Notes: generated by a model from the letters alone, not told the origin. A stretch of DNA of 64,000 bases from Prochlorococcus sp. AG-363-A16 (GCA_003280345.1 QCFB01000004.1:10438-74437), one strand, 5' to 3'; numbered from the stretch's first letter, positions 19,219-29,007 are shown. Program-made: numbers and translations.

Positions 19219-19521
19219 TTAGGTAGCCGACCTTACTGAGCAAGAACCTTCAGAAGTCTTTAATGCTTCTGCTTTGCCACGATTCAAAATCGAAGTCAAT
19301 TTATTAAAACCACCTTTAAAGTATTTGTGCAGGTACTTACGGTAAAAGCCTCCAAATGCAAGACCTGTTGCATAAGTTCTCTGTATTAATCCAGCAATAA
19401 AGTTTAAAGTCCAAAATACCAAAAAGATCACAATTATCTCTGATGTAGTGGAGTAGACCTTTGTTACATGATCCTGCAATGGTTCTAAAAAGTGGAAATA
19501 ATGCAAAATGTTCATAGTCAA
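19219..19521 (-). CDS. Hypothetical small membrane protein
   Basis: ORF with one clear TM segment (IIVIFLVFWTLNFIAGLI). TTG/ATG start is ambiguous, and it overlaps another-frame ORF (19337-19594). Confidence 0.35.
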   Translation of the reverse strand: MTMNILHYFHFLEPLQDHVTKVYSTTSEIIVIFLVFWTLNFIAGLIQRTYATGLAFGGFYRKYLHKYFKGGFNKLTSILNRGKAEALKTSEGSCSVRSAT

Positions 19522-19799
19522 GGGGAATTGTTAATGCTGAAATTGATCGCAGAGCAGAAAGAGCAATGCCTTCCGCAATGATCTCTATATGCATCCTCTT
19601 TGGAAGATTGGCAATAGAAACCCGAATAGACTTAATAAAAACAAATTTTTAATTTGCTCCCTAAACTTTTTGTTAAAATAAATTTGCTAGTTTATTAATG
19701 GAAATAGCCCTTAAACTGAAAACTTTGTCAGATAAAATTTAATGGGCATTTAATTCAATTTGTCTTGGGCAATAAAGTTATCCACCTATTTCTTTAAAT

Positions 19800-20303
19800 A
19801 TGATTACCTCCACTTTCAAACTTAATGAGACCAAAAATATATTGTTGTTTTCTATAATTATCTTATTCTTTATTTCTTTAATTAAAAATACATCATGGGT
19901 AGCTTATCTTGAAAATATTCTATCCAACAGAATGGATAGCAATCCACTTCCGGCTATTTATTTTCCCACTTTCGTCTTTATCGGACTCCTTTACCCGATC
20001 ACCTATCTTGTTCTAAATAGAAAAGAGCAAGCAACTAAAAGAGTTATTTATCCCTACCTATTATTATTCGCAACACAAGTTTCACTAGAAATAGTCTTCG
20101 TATTTGCAATAGGTAAAGGAATGGGTACTGTTGTAGGGCTAATATTTAGTATCGCAAGGTTATTTCAACTAAATAGTTTTGATAAGTCATTTATTAGATT
20201 AAATGGTCTTAATCGCTTAATTAACATTGAAATCTTACTTTGGTCAATAAATATAGTTCAGATATCTTTTAACAGACTTATCCCAATTCTTAATTTCTTA
20301 TAA
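19800..20303 (+). CDS. Hypothetical polytopic membrane protein
   Basis: 167-aa ORF with 4-5 hydrophobic segments. No motif recognised. Confidence 0.5.
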   Translation: MITSTFKLNETKNILLFSIIILFFISLIKNTSWVAYLENILSNRMDSNPLPAIYFPTFVFIGLLYPITYLVLNRKEQATKRVIYPYLLLFATQVSLEIVFVFAIGKGMGTVVGLIFSIARLFQLNSFDKSFIRLNGLNRLINIEILLWSINIVQISFNRLIPILNFL

Positions 20304-20411
20304 AAGATAGCACTTAGGTTCTAGAAAGTACAAATCAAAATCAAGGCATGCTAAGACTGTAAAGGAATTTAAATCTATATATACCAATTTTTGGACAAGG
20401 TATAAAACTTA

Positions 20412-20669
20412 CTAATCCAAGCTCCTTCTCTTATCAATAATTCGACCTAACTCTAAAAAATAACCTGCTGTACAGAATTTGCCCAAGTTTCTTTCTCGAT
20501 TACCTTGATCACTTCGTAACTCTGCCGTCTCAGCCATCAACAAATCCAGATCACCCTGAGGCATTTCGTAGAGTTCCTTTAGTTCAACTTCTCTTCCTAG
20601 CAGATGACTCTTAAACCATTTTTCTTTTGATTCTTGTTGAGGAACCTCTTGAAAAGGCTTGTAGTTCAT
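20412..20669 (-). CDS. Hypothetical protein
   Basis: 85-aa ATG ORF, charged. No motif recognised. Confidence 0.4.
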   Translation of the reverse strand: MNYKPFQEVPQQESKEKWFKSHLLGREVELKELYEMPQGDLDLLMAETAELRSDQGNRERNLGKFCTAGYFLELGRIIDKRRSLD

Positions 20670-20756
20670 AGTTGATTAAATACTATCTAGTATTTTAGGG
20701 ATAAGACTACATTATTAAATAAAAGGTTCTCCAAAAAGTATTTATCTGCACCAAAC

Positions 20757-22136
20757 TTATTCTTCAAAAGTAGTTCTCCTTAAAAATAACGCCAAAACAA
20801 TGAAAATTCCGGTTAAAGCTCCACAAATTTCTGTCCAACCTTTTAATCCAAGTTGAGTTACGACAAATGGAGCAATTACAGTAATTACTCCGCCAGAAAG
20901 TAAGGGCTGAAGAAAAAGTTGCTTTATTGAAAATATGGGCAGTGCATTAGTGATGTTTCTAGGGTCCGCCAAACGAAGTAAAAGCAACCCACTAGCAGCT
21001 ACACCTGTTGCATTACCAAATTCAGTTAATGAGCGTTCAAACCATTCCTCTTCAAGAGTCAATCTTCCAAAAAACAACATGCCTAAAAGGTTCCAAATCA
21101 ATCCAGCAATCGCAAGGATTGTTAAAGGCAGCCAGTCATTTCTAAGAAGTTGAAGGTTGAGACTGGCCATTGCTGTAGTTATGAGCAAATCAGTTGCAAG
21201 AGTACCTATCTCACGCTGCAAAATCTGAGATACCCAAGCAGTTCGTTCTATTTTCTCTAAACAGAAACGAATAAGAAAAGATCCAAGTAATGCTAACGGG
21301 AATACAGGGAAAACTAGCACCACTTGTTTATATGGATCACCTAAAAAAGGAGCTATGAGCTTTAAGCATGCAAGCAACACAACCCCAATAAGCACTGCAA
21401 GACCAGTGAGCCCTAAATTGACCGCAAAACTTCCTAATTGCTCCGCAAAACCAATTGGAGCATCAACTGCTCCTGTATTGCCTTTATCATCTTTTGATTG
21501 AGGAACAACCCATCCTCGCCAGCGACCAAAAACAACAAGAAAACTTCCAAATAATGCTGAAGACAGCAAGCCTAGTGTGGCCATTGCAAGTCCAAGATCT
21601 AAACCTTCCTTAAAACCAAAATTAGAAAAGCTCTCTCCCATAACTGCTGCTGCACCATGTCCACCTTCAAATCCAACCTCAATAAGGCAGCCCATCAAAG
21701 GATTAACCCCTAAATAAGGAATTAATACAAGTAAAACAACTATTCCACCAATAAAATATTGACCAAAACCAAGCATTAGTCCTAGTAATGCTTGAGAAGC
21801 TATTGGTTTAAACAAGCCTTTTCCTTTTGGTATAGGTCTACCGAGCATCAATGTTGCAAAAACCAATGTCAAAAGGGGTGTTGGAAAGTTTATCCAGATA
21901 TCTTCAACTGAAGATGGCAGCAGATGAAAAACACCATATGGACCAATCAATAACGCTCCAAAACCCGCTAAGAGAGCTATAGGAATACCAAATTTCTCCA
22001 GTCGTAATGCTGGTTCAAGACGACGACCAAAGCTCAACAAAAAGCCCAACAAGAAGAGCAACCCAATTGCCAACCAAAAAGTGGGCAATACATTGACGTC
22101 TACAAGACCATATAAGATTGCTAAGAATGTATCCAT
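20757..22136 (-). CDS. gltS: Sodium/glutamate symporter-like transporter (GltS/ESS family)
   Basis: Polytopic membrane protein colinear with E. coli GltS as recalled: FEGGHGAAAV vs LSGGHGTGAA, FGNATGVAASGL vs GFGLGATPTAIA. Confidence 0.7.
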   Translation of the reverse strand: MDTFLAILYGLVDVNVLPTFWLAIGLLFLLGFLLSFGRRLEPALRLEKFGIPIALLAGFGALLIGPYGVFHLLPSSVEDIWINFPTPLLTLVFATLMLGRPIPKGKGLFKPIASQALLGLMLGFGQYFIGGIVVLLVLIPYLGVNPLMGCLIEVGFEGGHGAAAVMGESFSNFGFKEGLDLGLAMATLGLLSSALFGSFLVVFGRWRGWVVPQSKDDKGNTGAVDAPIGFAEQLGSFAVNLGLTGLAVLIGVVLLACLKLIAPFLGDPYKQVVLVFPVFPLALLGSFLIRFCLEKIERTAWVSQILQREIGTLATDLLITTAMASLNLQLLRNDWLPLTILAIAGLIWNLLGMLFFGRLTLEEEWFERSLTEFGNATGVAASGLLLLRLADPRNITNALPIFSIKQLFLQPLLSGGVITVIAPFVVTQLGLKGWTEICGALTGIFIVLALFLRRTTFEE

Positions 22137-22441
22137 CGAACAGATACAAACAAATTCAGGTACATCACTAAATAGATATAAATTAGAAAGGCAATGACAA
22201 ACAGCTTACATTTTTTAGGAGCACTCAAGCATTGATCAGATAAAACCTTCAATAATTTTTTTCAATCCTTCAGTTAAATAGAAAAATGTTGTGAACAATT
22301 CTAGAAAAATAATTTTTGTTAGGAGCTTACTAATAATTCTGAGTTTTCTAATCTCTTAAAATCCTTTTAAATGTCGAATTAAAGTCTATAAATAAAATCA
22401 TTTATTTGTTAGAAAGCTTTAGATTGCAAATAAAAATGGAT

Positions 22442-22475
22442 AAAAAAAAAGCCTTGTATTAAAACAAGGCTTTTT
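22442..22475 (-). terminator. Rho-independent terminator downstream of pcb (symmetric A-run/T-run, potentially bidirectional)
   Basis: aaaaaaaaa gccttgt attaaa acaaggc ttttt. On the minus strand the stem is followed by a 9-nt U-run. Confidence 0.6.
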
Positions 22476-22534
22476 ATAGATCTCTAAAATACTAAACAAT
22501 AAATTAGTTCAGGTGAATCAATTAATTGTCTAGA

Positions 22535-23584
22535 TTATTTCAAAGAAGCAGGCTTACCTAGTGGGCCATATTCTGTGTCCCTTAGTTTCTTGAAATCAAA
22601 TCCCATGGCTCGCAATGCATGCCAAAGGTGACCTTGGATATAAAAGAAGCCTAGATAGTAGTGAACATTGGTAAGCCAGGCTCTGGATGTATGAAGTCCC
22701 TCTGGAAGGTCAACAGTATCAATCCAAAATGGTGCAATACCAAACTTCAAGGCAAGAGGCTCTCCATACCATTCAGTTGGATAGACCGTTGTGTTGGTTG
22801 CACACCAGAAGGCAGCAATGATTGCCATCCAGCCAATTCCTGCACATGACCAAGAAAGTATGGCCTCAGCAGAAAGAAGACCAGCGCCTTTGAACTTGGT
22901 GTACTCACCAATTTGTTTAGTTGCAATGTGAAAGGCACCACCAGCAATCTGGTAGAACGCCAAGAAAGCATGTCCTCCCATAACATCTTCAAGACTGTCG
23001 ATGTTCAAGAAATCAAACTGATGGTTCCATACCATCGAAATATCAAGGTTGTATGGAACTTGGCGAACAGCACCTAAAGCAGCGTCATAGATGCCGTGAT
23101 TAGCTGCCCATTCGACAAACCAGATATTTGCGATACCAAAGAAAAGCAGGTGATGACCAAGGATGAAGGTTTGGTTATCTGGGTTGTCCCATTCCAGTTT
23201 AAATTTCCTGGCCTGGATAATTTCACTTTGCTGGATGTCCTCGTCAAACAACAAAGCATGCATTAGTCCACCTGCTCCATAGACCATGGAAAAGATGAGG
23301 TGGAGAATTCCTATTGTGGCAACACCTGCTCCTGTAAAGACTCCAGCTTCATCGAAACCAATTCCGATAGCAGCCAAATGGGGGATTGTTACTAATGCTT
23401 GGTGCCCCATCGGAATTGAAGGGTCAAAGCGAGAGAGCTCCCAAAGGGTGTTTGCACCAGCCGCAAAACAAATTAATCCTGTATGCGCAGCATGCGAGGA
23501 AATAAACCGTCCTGAGCGGTTCGTCACCATAGAATTACCAGCCCACCACCCGTAGGAGACGTCTGGATTCCCATAGGTTTGCAT
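22535..23584 (-). CDS. pcb: Chlorophyll a/b-binding light-harvesting protein Pcb (CP43/IsiA family)
   Basis: MQTYGNPDVSYGWWAGNS... About 350 aa, a six-helix CP43-like antenna without the large CP43 lumenal loop, with His-rich helices. Confidence 0.93.
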   Translation of the reverse strand: MQTYGNPDVSYGWWAGNSMVTNRSGRFISSHAAHTGLICFAAGANTLWELSRFDPSIPMGHQALVTIPHLAAIGIGFDEAGVFTGAGVATIGILHLIFSMVYGAGGLMHALLFDEDIQQSEIIQARKFKLEWDNPDNQTFILGHHLLFFGIANIWFVEWAANHGIYDAALGAVRQVPYNLDISMVWNHQFDFLNIDSLEDVMGGHAFLAFYQIAGGAFHIATKQIGEYTKFKGAGLLSAEAILSWSCAGIGWMAIIAAFWCATNTTVYPTEWYGEPLALKFGIAPFWIDTVDLPEGLHTSRAWLTNVHYYLGFFYIQGHLWHALRAMGFDFKKLRDTEYGPLGKPASLK

Positions 23585-23939
23585 AATTTAAGAGTGCAAG
23601 TCGGCAAATCGGATTGACCCTACTCTTAAAAGGGCCTCTTAAGTAGGTGATCACAAGACTTTTACATTATGTAAATTCTCCTGCGTCAAATACCTACCAA
23701 TTAATTGGGTCCTGAGATTCTTTGAAAATAGCCATCAGTTGATTTTGTCCAAATTATTTGCTAGTTAAGTTTCGACATTTAAGGAAATCCCATACGAGAT
23801 TTACATGAGAGGCATTCTAGAGAAGTCTCTAAAGATAGAAGAATCGAATATTTTTCTAAAGACTCAAGAAAAATATGATTAGCAACGTTAGTTTTCAAAA
23901 GGCTATAAGCTAATAAACATAGAGGAAAGGCTCCTTCAA

Positions 23940-24140
23940 ATGGACGAAACCAAAAGCACGGAAAGAAAAACTCCAGACAACTCAGCTGAAGTTCAGCCAA
24001 AATGGGATTACACAACAAGAAACGGCACACTATTTACAGGAGCAGTGGTTGTAGTGCTGAACTTAATTCTAATTATTTTTGTGATCCTTGATAGAACATT
24101 TCCGTCAGTTCATTCTTTTATCACAGGAAAGCCAGTTTAG
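23940..24140 (+). CDS. Hypothetical single-pass small membrane protein
   Basis: 66-aa ATG ORF with polar N-terminus and one TM (FTGAVVVVLNLILIIFVIL). Competes with a Cys-rich antisense ORF that looks non-coding. Confidence 0.35.
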   Translation: MDETKSTERKTPDNSAEVQPKWDYTTRNGTLFTGAVVVVLNLILIIFVILDRTFPSVHSFITGKPV

Positions 24141-24276
24141 ACCAAGAAATCAATTTATTAGTTAATCGAAGAGCAGTTTTAAAATTATTGATTTGATAAA
24201 TTTATTTAAATGATGATGAAAAAATGATTGGAAACGTTTAATTCCTTTTATTATAATCTTTGAGTTAAAATGAATC

Positions 24277-24501
24277 ATGACCCAAGAAGAGCCTAAATCA
24301 GAACACGAATCAAAAGAAAATAAAAACGAGATGGAATCTACTGTTTCTAAAAAAGATATCCCTAAAAAAACTGTAGCTCGAATACTGGGAGTTGAAATAT
24401 CTGCACCAGAAGGAATGAAGAATCCGATGCTACGCCTTACTGGACTAATTGTTATTAATATATTGGTATTAGTTTTACTTAAGCTAGCTTTAAAAGCTTA
24501 A
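24277..24501 (+). CDS. Hypothetical tail-anchored small membrane protein
   Basis: 74-aa ATG ORF with a charged N-terminal half and a C-terminal TM (LTGLIVINILVLVLLKLAL). Confidence 0.4.
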   Translation: MTQEEPKSEHESKENKNEMESTVSKKDIPKKTVARILGVEISAPEGMKNPMLRLTGLIVINILVLVLLKLALKA

Positions 24502-24703
24502 AATAGATTAGTTTGAATTCATTTATACTAATAGGACCTGATTCAATTAAGATTAACTCATAAAATGATTAGTCACGCTCCCTCTAATGATTTTCAGCGT
24601 TACAGTCATATTTTAATAGATTACTTATAAGTTATAATTTTATTTTTCTTTATTGAGTTGATAGGACTATAGAATAGTTTCAAGCTTTGTAGCTTTTAGG
24701 CTA

Positions 24704-27040
24704 ATGAAAGGCTTCGGAAAAGAAAAAAAACCAGCAAAGAAGCAAGTATCGAAAAAACACCTTCGTATGCCTCCTGAACAATTAAAGGCACTTGCTATAA
24801 AAAATCATATGAAAGGGAATATAAATGCTGCGGAGAAAGGTTATCAGTCATTTATAAGTAGCGGTCTAAATGATGCAGATGTTCTTTCAAATTATGGATT
24901 AATTTGCCAAGAGAAGGGGGCTATATCGGAAGCAATTAAAATTTTTGAAAAATGCATAAATCTTTTTCCAAACCATTCAATTGCATTATCCAATCTAGGT
25001 TATTTATATCTAACCATAGAGAGAATTGAAGAAGCTGAAATAACAACAAAAAAAGCAATAGAAGTCCAGCCAGGTCTTTCCAATGCTCACTCAATTTTAG
25101 GATTGATTTTAAACGCACAAGGAAGAATGACTGAAGCGGAGGATTCAATCCTTAAAGCAATTAAATTAGATCCAATGCTTGCAGATGCGCATTTAAATCA
25201 TGGTGTAATTCTTAAGGATCAAAACAAGTGGGAAGAAGCAGAAATTGCAACTAGAAAAGCCATTAACCTTAATCCTGACATGGCAATTGCCTATCTAAAT
25301 CTTGGTGCTTTATTGCAGCAGAAAAATAGACTAGAAGAGGCTCATAATTCCACCCTAAAGGCAATAGAATTACAACCTAATCTGGAAGATGCTCATCTAA
25401 ATATTGCCACCATTTTACAATTAGAAGGTAACTATGAAGAGGCCATAAATCATGCAAAACAAGAACTAGATGTCAGTCCTCTAAAACAAGATGCTTATAT
25501 ACTTCTCTCAAGCTTAATTAAGGAATGTGATCTATCAGTATTTAGCATAGATCAAATCATTTATTTCTTAAGCCTTCTATTAAAAAGAAAAGATATTGAT
25601 CACAACAATCTATTCCCTGCAATTAGAAAGATAGTTCCTGATAAGAGATTATTCGACCTAGAAAGTTCAGAAGGTCCAATAATAGATGACGCAAGGTTCC
25701 AAACTATTATTAAGAATAAAGTCATTATTCAAGCCTTGGGAATAATGACATTCAAAACAACATTATGGGAAGACTTATTAACTAAAGCAAGGAAAGAAAT
25801 CTGTCATTTAGCTATTAGAAAAACCAATAGGAAAAGCACAGTGATTATTGATTTCACAATAGCCCTTGCTGAGCAATGCTTTCTAAATGAATACGTATTT
25901 TATAAAGATAATGATGAAGAGGAATACCTAACCAAAATAATTCAAGACATTGAAAATTCTATCTTTGATGAATTTAGTATCTCTATTTTAGCTTGTTACA
26001 TGCCAATCTATAAAATTCCAAACTTATTGCCACTGCTGAAAGAGTACAAATCTAGAAATATCAATTTCAATAGTTTAATTAAGTTGCAGTTAGAAGAGCC
26101 AATGGAAGAGAATAAAATGGCACCAAATATAAAATCAATTGGATCTATAAAAGATAAGGTTTCCAAAGAAGTAAGAAGTCAATATGAAGAGCATCCATAT
26201 CCTAGATGGCGATTTGCTAGTTACACAGCAAACAATAAACAGTCATTAAACTCTTCATTAAATCGTGAAATTTATCCAAATAATATTTCAAAAGCTTCTT
26301 CACAAGCCTTAAATAGAATATTGGTAGCTGGATGTGGAACGGGCCGACAACTAATAGATACCAGCGGATATAAAAATGCTGAGATTACTGCTATTGATCT
26401 TAGTTTATCTAGCCTAGCCTATGCTCAACGGAAGATAAATGAATATGGAATCAACAATATAGAGTTAATTCATATGGATATTCTTGACATACCCTCATTA
26501 GGTAAAAGCTTTGATTTGATTGAGTGCAGTGGTGTTCTTCATCATATGAAAGAGCCAGAAGAAGGTCTAAGATCCTTAATTAAGGTACTGTCAAGAAATG
26601 GGTATATAAAACTAGGCCTTTATAGTGAAGCAGCAAGGGCAGAAATTGTTGAAGCAAGAAGGATAATTAAATCTGAAAAGGTTAATACCACTGATGATTC
26701 CATTAGAGATTTCAGGCATCGATTGGCAGCAGGAGATTTCCCAGAAATTAAATCTATAAACCAATGGTCAGATTATTACTCAACTTCAATGTGTCGTGAT
26801 CTATGCTTCCATGTACAAGAACATAGGTATTCAATTAATTCATTAAAGAAAATATTAAACAAATTTGATCTTAACTTTTTGGGATTTGTATTGCCAAAAC
26901 CAATAAAAGATAATTATGCGAAACTCTATCCAGATGATTCTAATCAACTTAATTTAAATAATTGGCATGAGTTTGAATTATCAAACAGATCTACTTTTGC
27001 AGAGATGTACCAATTCTGGATAGAACAAAAAAAAACCTGA
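24704..27040 (+). CDS. TPR-repeat protein fused to a class I SAM-dependent methyltransferase domain
   Basis: N-terminal tandem 34-aa TPR units (repeating A-x-x-N-L/H-G pattern, e.g. AHLNHGVIL, AYLNLGALL). C-terminal MTase motif I ILVAGCGTGRQL and DLIECSGVLHHM. Confidence 0.8.
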   Translation: MKGFGKEKKPAKKQVSKKHLRMPPEQLKALAIKNHMKGNINAAEKGYQSFISSGLNDADVLSNYGLICQEKGAISEAIKIFEKCINLFPNHSIALSNLGYLYLTIERIEEAEITTKKAIEVQPGLSNAHSILGLILNAQGRMTEAEDSILKAIKLDPMLADAHLNHGVILKDQNKWEEAEIATRKAINLNPDMAIAYLNLGALLQQKNRLEEAHNSTLKAIELQPNLEDAHLNIATILQLEGNYEEAINHAKQELDVSPLKQDAYILLSSLIKECDLSVFSIDQIIYFLSLLLKRKDIDHNNLFPAIRKIVPDKRLFDLESSEGPIIDDARFQTIIKNKVIIQALGIMTFKTTLWEDLLTKARKEICHLAIRKTNRKSTVIIDFTIALAEQCFLNEYVFYKDNDEEEYLTKIIQDIENSIFDEFSISILACYMPIYKIPNLLPLLKEYKSRNINFNSLIKLQLEEPMEENKMAPNIKSIGSIKDKVSKEVRSQYEEHPYPRWRFASYTANNKQSLNSSLNREIYPNNISKASSQALNRILVAGCGTGRQLIDTSGYKNAEITAIDLSLSSLAYAQRKINEYGINNIELIHMDILDIPSLGKSFDLIECSGVLHHMKEPEEGLRSLIKVLSRNGYIKLGLYSEAARAEIVEARRIIKSEKVNTTDDSIRDFRHRLAAGDFPEIKSINQWSDYYSTSMCRDLCFHVQEHRYSINSLKKILNKFDLNFLGFVLPKPIKDNYAKLYPDDSNQLNLNNWHEFELSNRSTFAEMYQFWIEQKKT

Positions 27041-27254
27041 CTTATTAGCCAGGACTAGATCTTTTTTTTTAGAGACACTATCTACATAAATTGTATCTCA
27101 ATGTTGAAACTTTGCAGACGAACATAACCCTTTTAGAAAGGGTATTTGCTTGAGGGGATCATTAGCAGAAAAATCGCAAAGGGACATTATGTAGGTGTCC
27201 CTTTAAATTCAATCGAAGCCATTAAGTGGCCTCGATTGAAGGCCGCTTAACAAT

Positions 27255-27419
27255 TCAGCGTTGGAAACGCTTAGAAGGATCGTTTTTATCGCGGGCGTAC
27301 CAATGGAATTGTGATACTTGAACAATCGCGATAATGCCAAATATGGCTGGGAGCAGTTGAAAGCCGCCTTTTCCAAAAAATGGCGCGATTCCGGCCAGGA
27401 TGGTTGGGAAGTGAACCAT
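27255..27419 (-). CDS. Unlisted 54-aa ORF, putative small membrane protein, locally GC-rich
   Basis: MVHFPTILAGIAPFFGKGGFQLLPAIFGIIAIVQVSQFHWYARDKNDPSKRFQR read by hand. A stem-loop (27208-27240) lies just downstream on the minus strand. Confidence 0.35.
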   Translation of the reverse strand: MVHFPTILAGIAPFFGKGGFQLLPAIFGIIAIVQVSQFHWYARDKNDPSKRFQR

Positions 27420-27673
27420 TAATAAAAGTAAATGGTAAAGCGAGGTATATATAGCTCATTAGTAAGGGTCAATAGGACTTTCTGTAGCACCTTGAAAAAT
27501 GTATACACGTTGTACTGAACTGCTTAAACTGGCCTTTAAAGGGCTGCCTATGACCCAAAACCACCGCTCTAACTAAGGAAAAAGTGCTTTCACTTAGCAA
27601 AGTGTTCCATATAGGTTGGCCGATGAGTTGTTACGTCTTGGTCTAATTTTGTTATATCAACCGCTTAAAAACA

Positions 27674-27841
27674 ATGGCTGGTGGACCAGTACTGCAGTTA
27701 TGGGAAACAGTTCTCCCATTCGTAAAGGATCTAAGAGTTAGGTTTGCCCTAGCAATGTTTGGCAATATTTTGGCCCTATGGTTCCTAGCTACCTTCCTCA
27801 AAAGAATGATTCCTGGGTTGCCGCCTGAATTGCTCTCTTAA
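27674..27841 (+). CDS. Unlisted 55-aa ORF, putative small membrane protein
   Basis: MAGGPVLQLWETVLPFVKDLRVRFALAMFGNILALWFLATFLKRMIPGLPPELLS read by hand, with one TM. Confidence 0.35.
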   Translation: MAGGPVLQLWETVLPFVKDLRVRFALAMFGNILALWFLATFLKRMIPGLPPELLS

Positions 27842-28056
27842 AAGCTTTCCCTACTCGAATGCTTTTGTCGCAAGACAATAGCCATAAAAAAATTACTAAG
27901 GGGTTTCAAAAGCCACTTAATCTAAATGGCAAAACAGAGTCACTTGGCCTGAGAGTAAAAAGCATCGGTTAATTAGCGAAAAGTTTTTTTCATAGCAAAC
28001 TAGCTAGGTTTGTCCTATAAGTACGATAACTTTTCTTAAGTAGATCACTATCAAGT

Positions 28057-28197
28057 ATGGAAGAAGATCGGCAAATGTCAAAAGCTCACCAGAAACTGGT
28101 AAAACTGGCCAAAAAGGCCGAATTATGCGTAAGTAGAAAAGAAGCCCAGAAACTTATTAAAAAGGCTGACAAAGCCCACTCAAAGCTGGCTAGCTAA
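28057..28197 (+). CDS. Unlisted 46-aa ORF, basic helical peptide
   Basis: MEEDRQMSKAHQKLVKLAKKAELCVSRKEAQKLIKKADKAHSKLAS read by hand. No other support. Confidence 0.25.
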   Translation: MEEDRQMSKAHQKLVKLAKKAELCVSRKEAQKLIKKADKAHSKLAS

Positions 28198-28457
28198 ATT
28201 AACTAAACTCCTTCTAGCTTCCATGCTCTGTAAAAAATAAGGTATAGGACAACAACAGGTTTAACCTTTTTCCTTTATTTCTTGGAGCATTCAGAAATGC
28301 TTAACTCAAAGCTATTTACAGATATAAATGAGTGGTAAAATTGCCTTCATCAATTAGAAATAAATTCATTTATTCAGAAGAATCTGCAATAAAGGTTAAG
28401 AAATAGCAAGTTGCCTTCGTTCTTAATTAATAGAAGGTTGACTTAACTTGTTGATCC

Positions 28458-28634
28458 ATGGAACTTATAAATAAAGAAGATCCAATTCCTAATCTCAATA
28501 TGGCCAGCGAAGAGCACTATAAAAAACAAGCTGATCATTATCGAAAAAGTCCTGCCTATTCAAAAATGCTGAGACTTTACCCACTCCTCCAGAGCTATAT
28601 AAAGCAATGCGAAGACGAAACTCTAGTGGCCTAA
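28458..28634 (+). CDS. Unlisted 58-aa ORF
   Basis: MELINKEDPIPNLNMASEEHYKKQADHYRKSPAYSKMLRLYPLLQSYIKQCEDETLVA read by hand. No other support. Confidence 0.25.
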   Translation: MELINKEDPIPNLNMASEEHYKKQADHYRKSPAYSKMLRLYPLLQSYIKQCEDETLVA

Positions 28635-28734
28635 TCAAAAAAGATAGCCAGTTCTAAGGAAATTTCATCAAGTATCTGTGCTTTAAATATAATTAATTGG
28701 GCTTTAGCAAAATATATATAAAGCAAATTCCTTT

Positions 28735-29007
28735 TTAAGCTGCAAGTTTAGGAACTGAAGCATCCTGAGAACGCCAATATTCCATTTCCTCTTTACACCA
28801 TCTCGAATGGTAAATAACTTCTGGTCGCCACGGAGTAGATTTAGAGTCTGGAGCACTTCTCCAATGCGTTCCGGCTTTAAGGTATCCAAATTCTCTCCAA
28901 AGCTGAAGGGTGCCCTCACTAACACAAAGAATTTCGCTAGCCTCTTTTGAGCTTACCCAAGGATTTTCATTCATAGGGAGAGGGTAATTTTCCTCTTGAT
29001 AACGCAA
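28735..29007 (-). CDS. Excisionase/MerR-like helix-turn-helix DNA-binding protein
   Basis: SSKEASEILCVSEGTLQLWREFGYLKAGTHWR fits the HTH_17/excisionase pattern, with a Trp-rich C-terminus. Alternative start at Met12 (28974). Confidence 0.6.
   Translation of the reverse strand: MRYQEENYPLPMNENPWVSSKEASEILCVSEGTLQLWREFGYLKAGTHWRSAPDSKSTPWRPEVIYHSRWCKEEMEYWRSQDASVPKLAA

Noticed and set aside
19337-19594. 85-codon minus-strand ORF overlapping 19219-19521 in another frame
   Set aside because: Only the first ~25 residues look protein-like and the rest is Cys/Asn/Leu-rich noise. I could not support a frameshift fusion with the other ORF.
22137-22300. Possible NtcA site (GTA-N8-TAC) upstream of the gltS-like transporter
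   Set aside because: The only GTA candidate (gtacatcactaaat) lacks TAC at the correct spacing.
23779-24030. 83-codon minus-strand ORF upstream of pcb
   Set aside because: Cys/Phe/Leu-rich with no helix or motif pattern. The overlapping + strand ORF has a cleaner single-TM design. Both remain weak.
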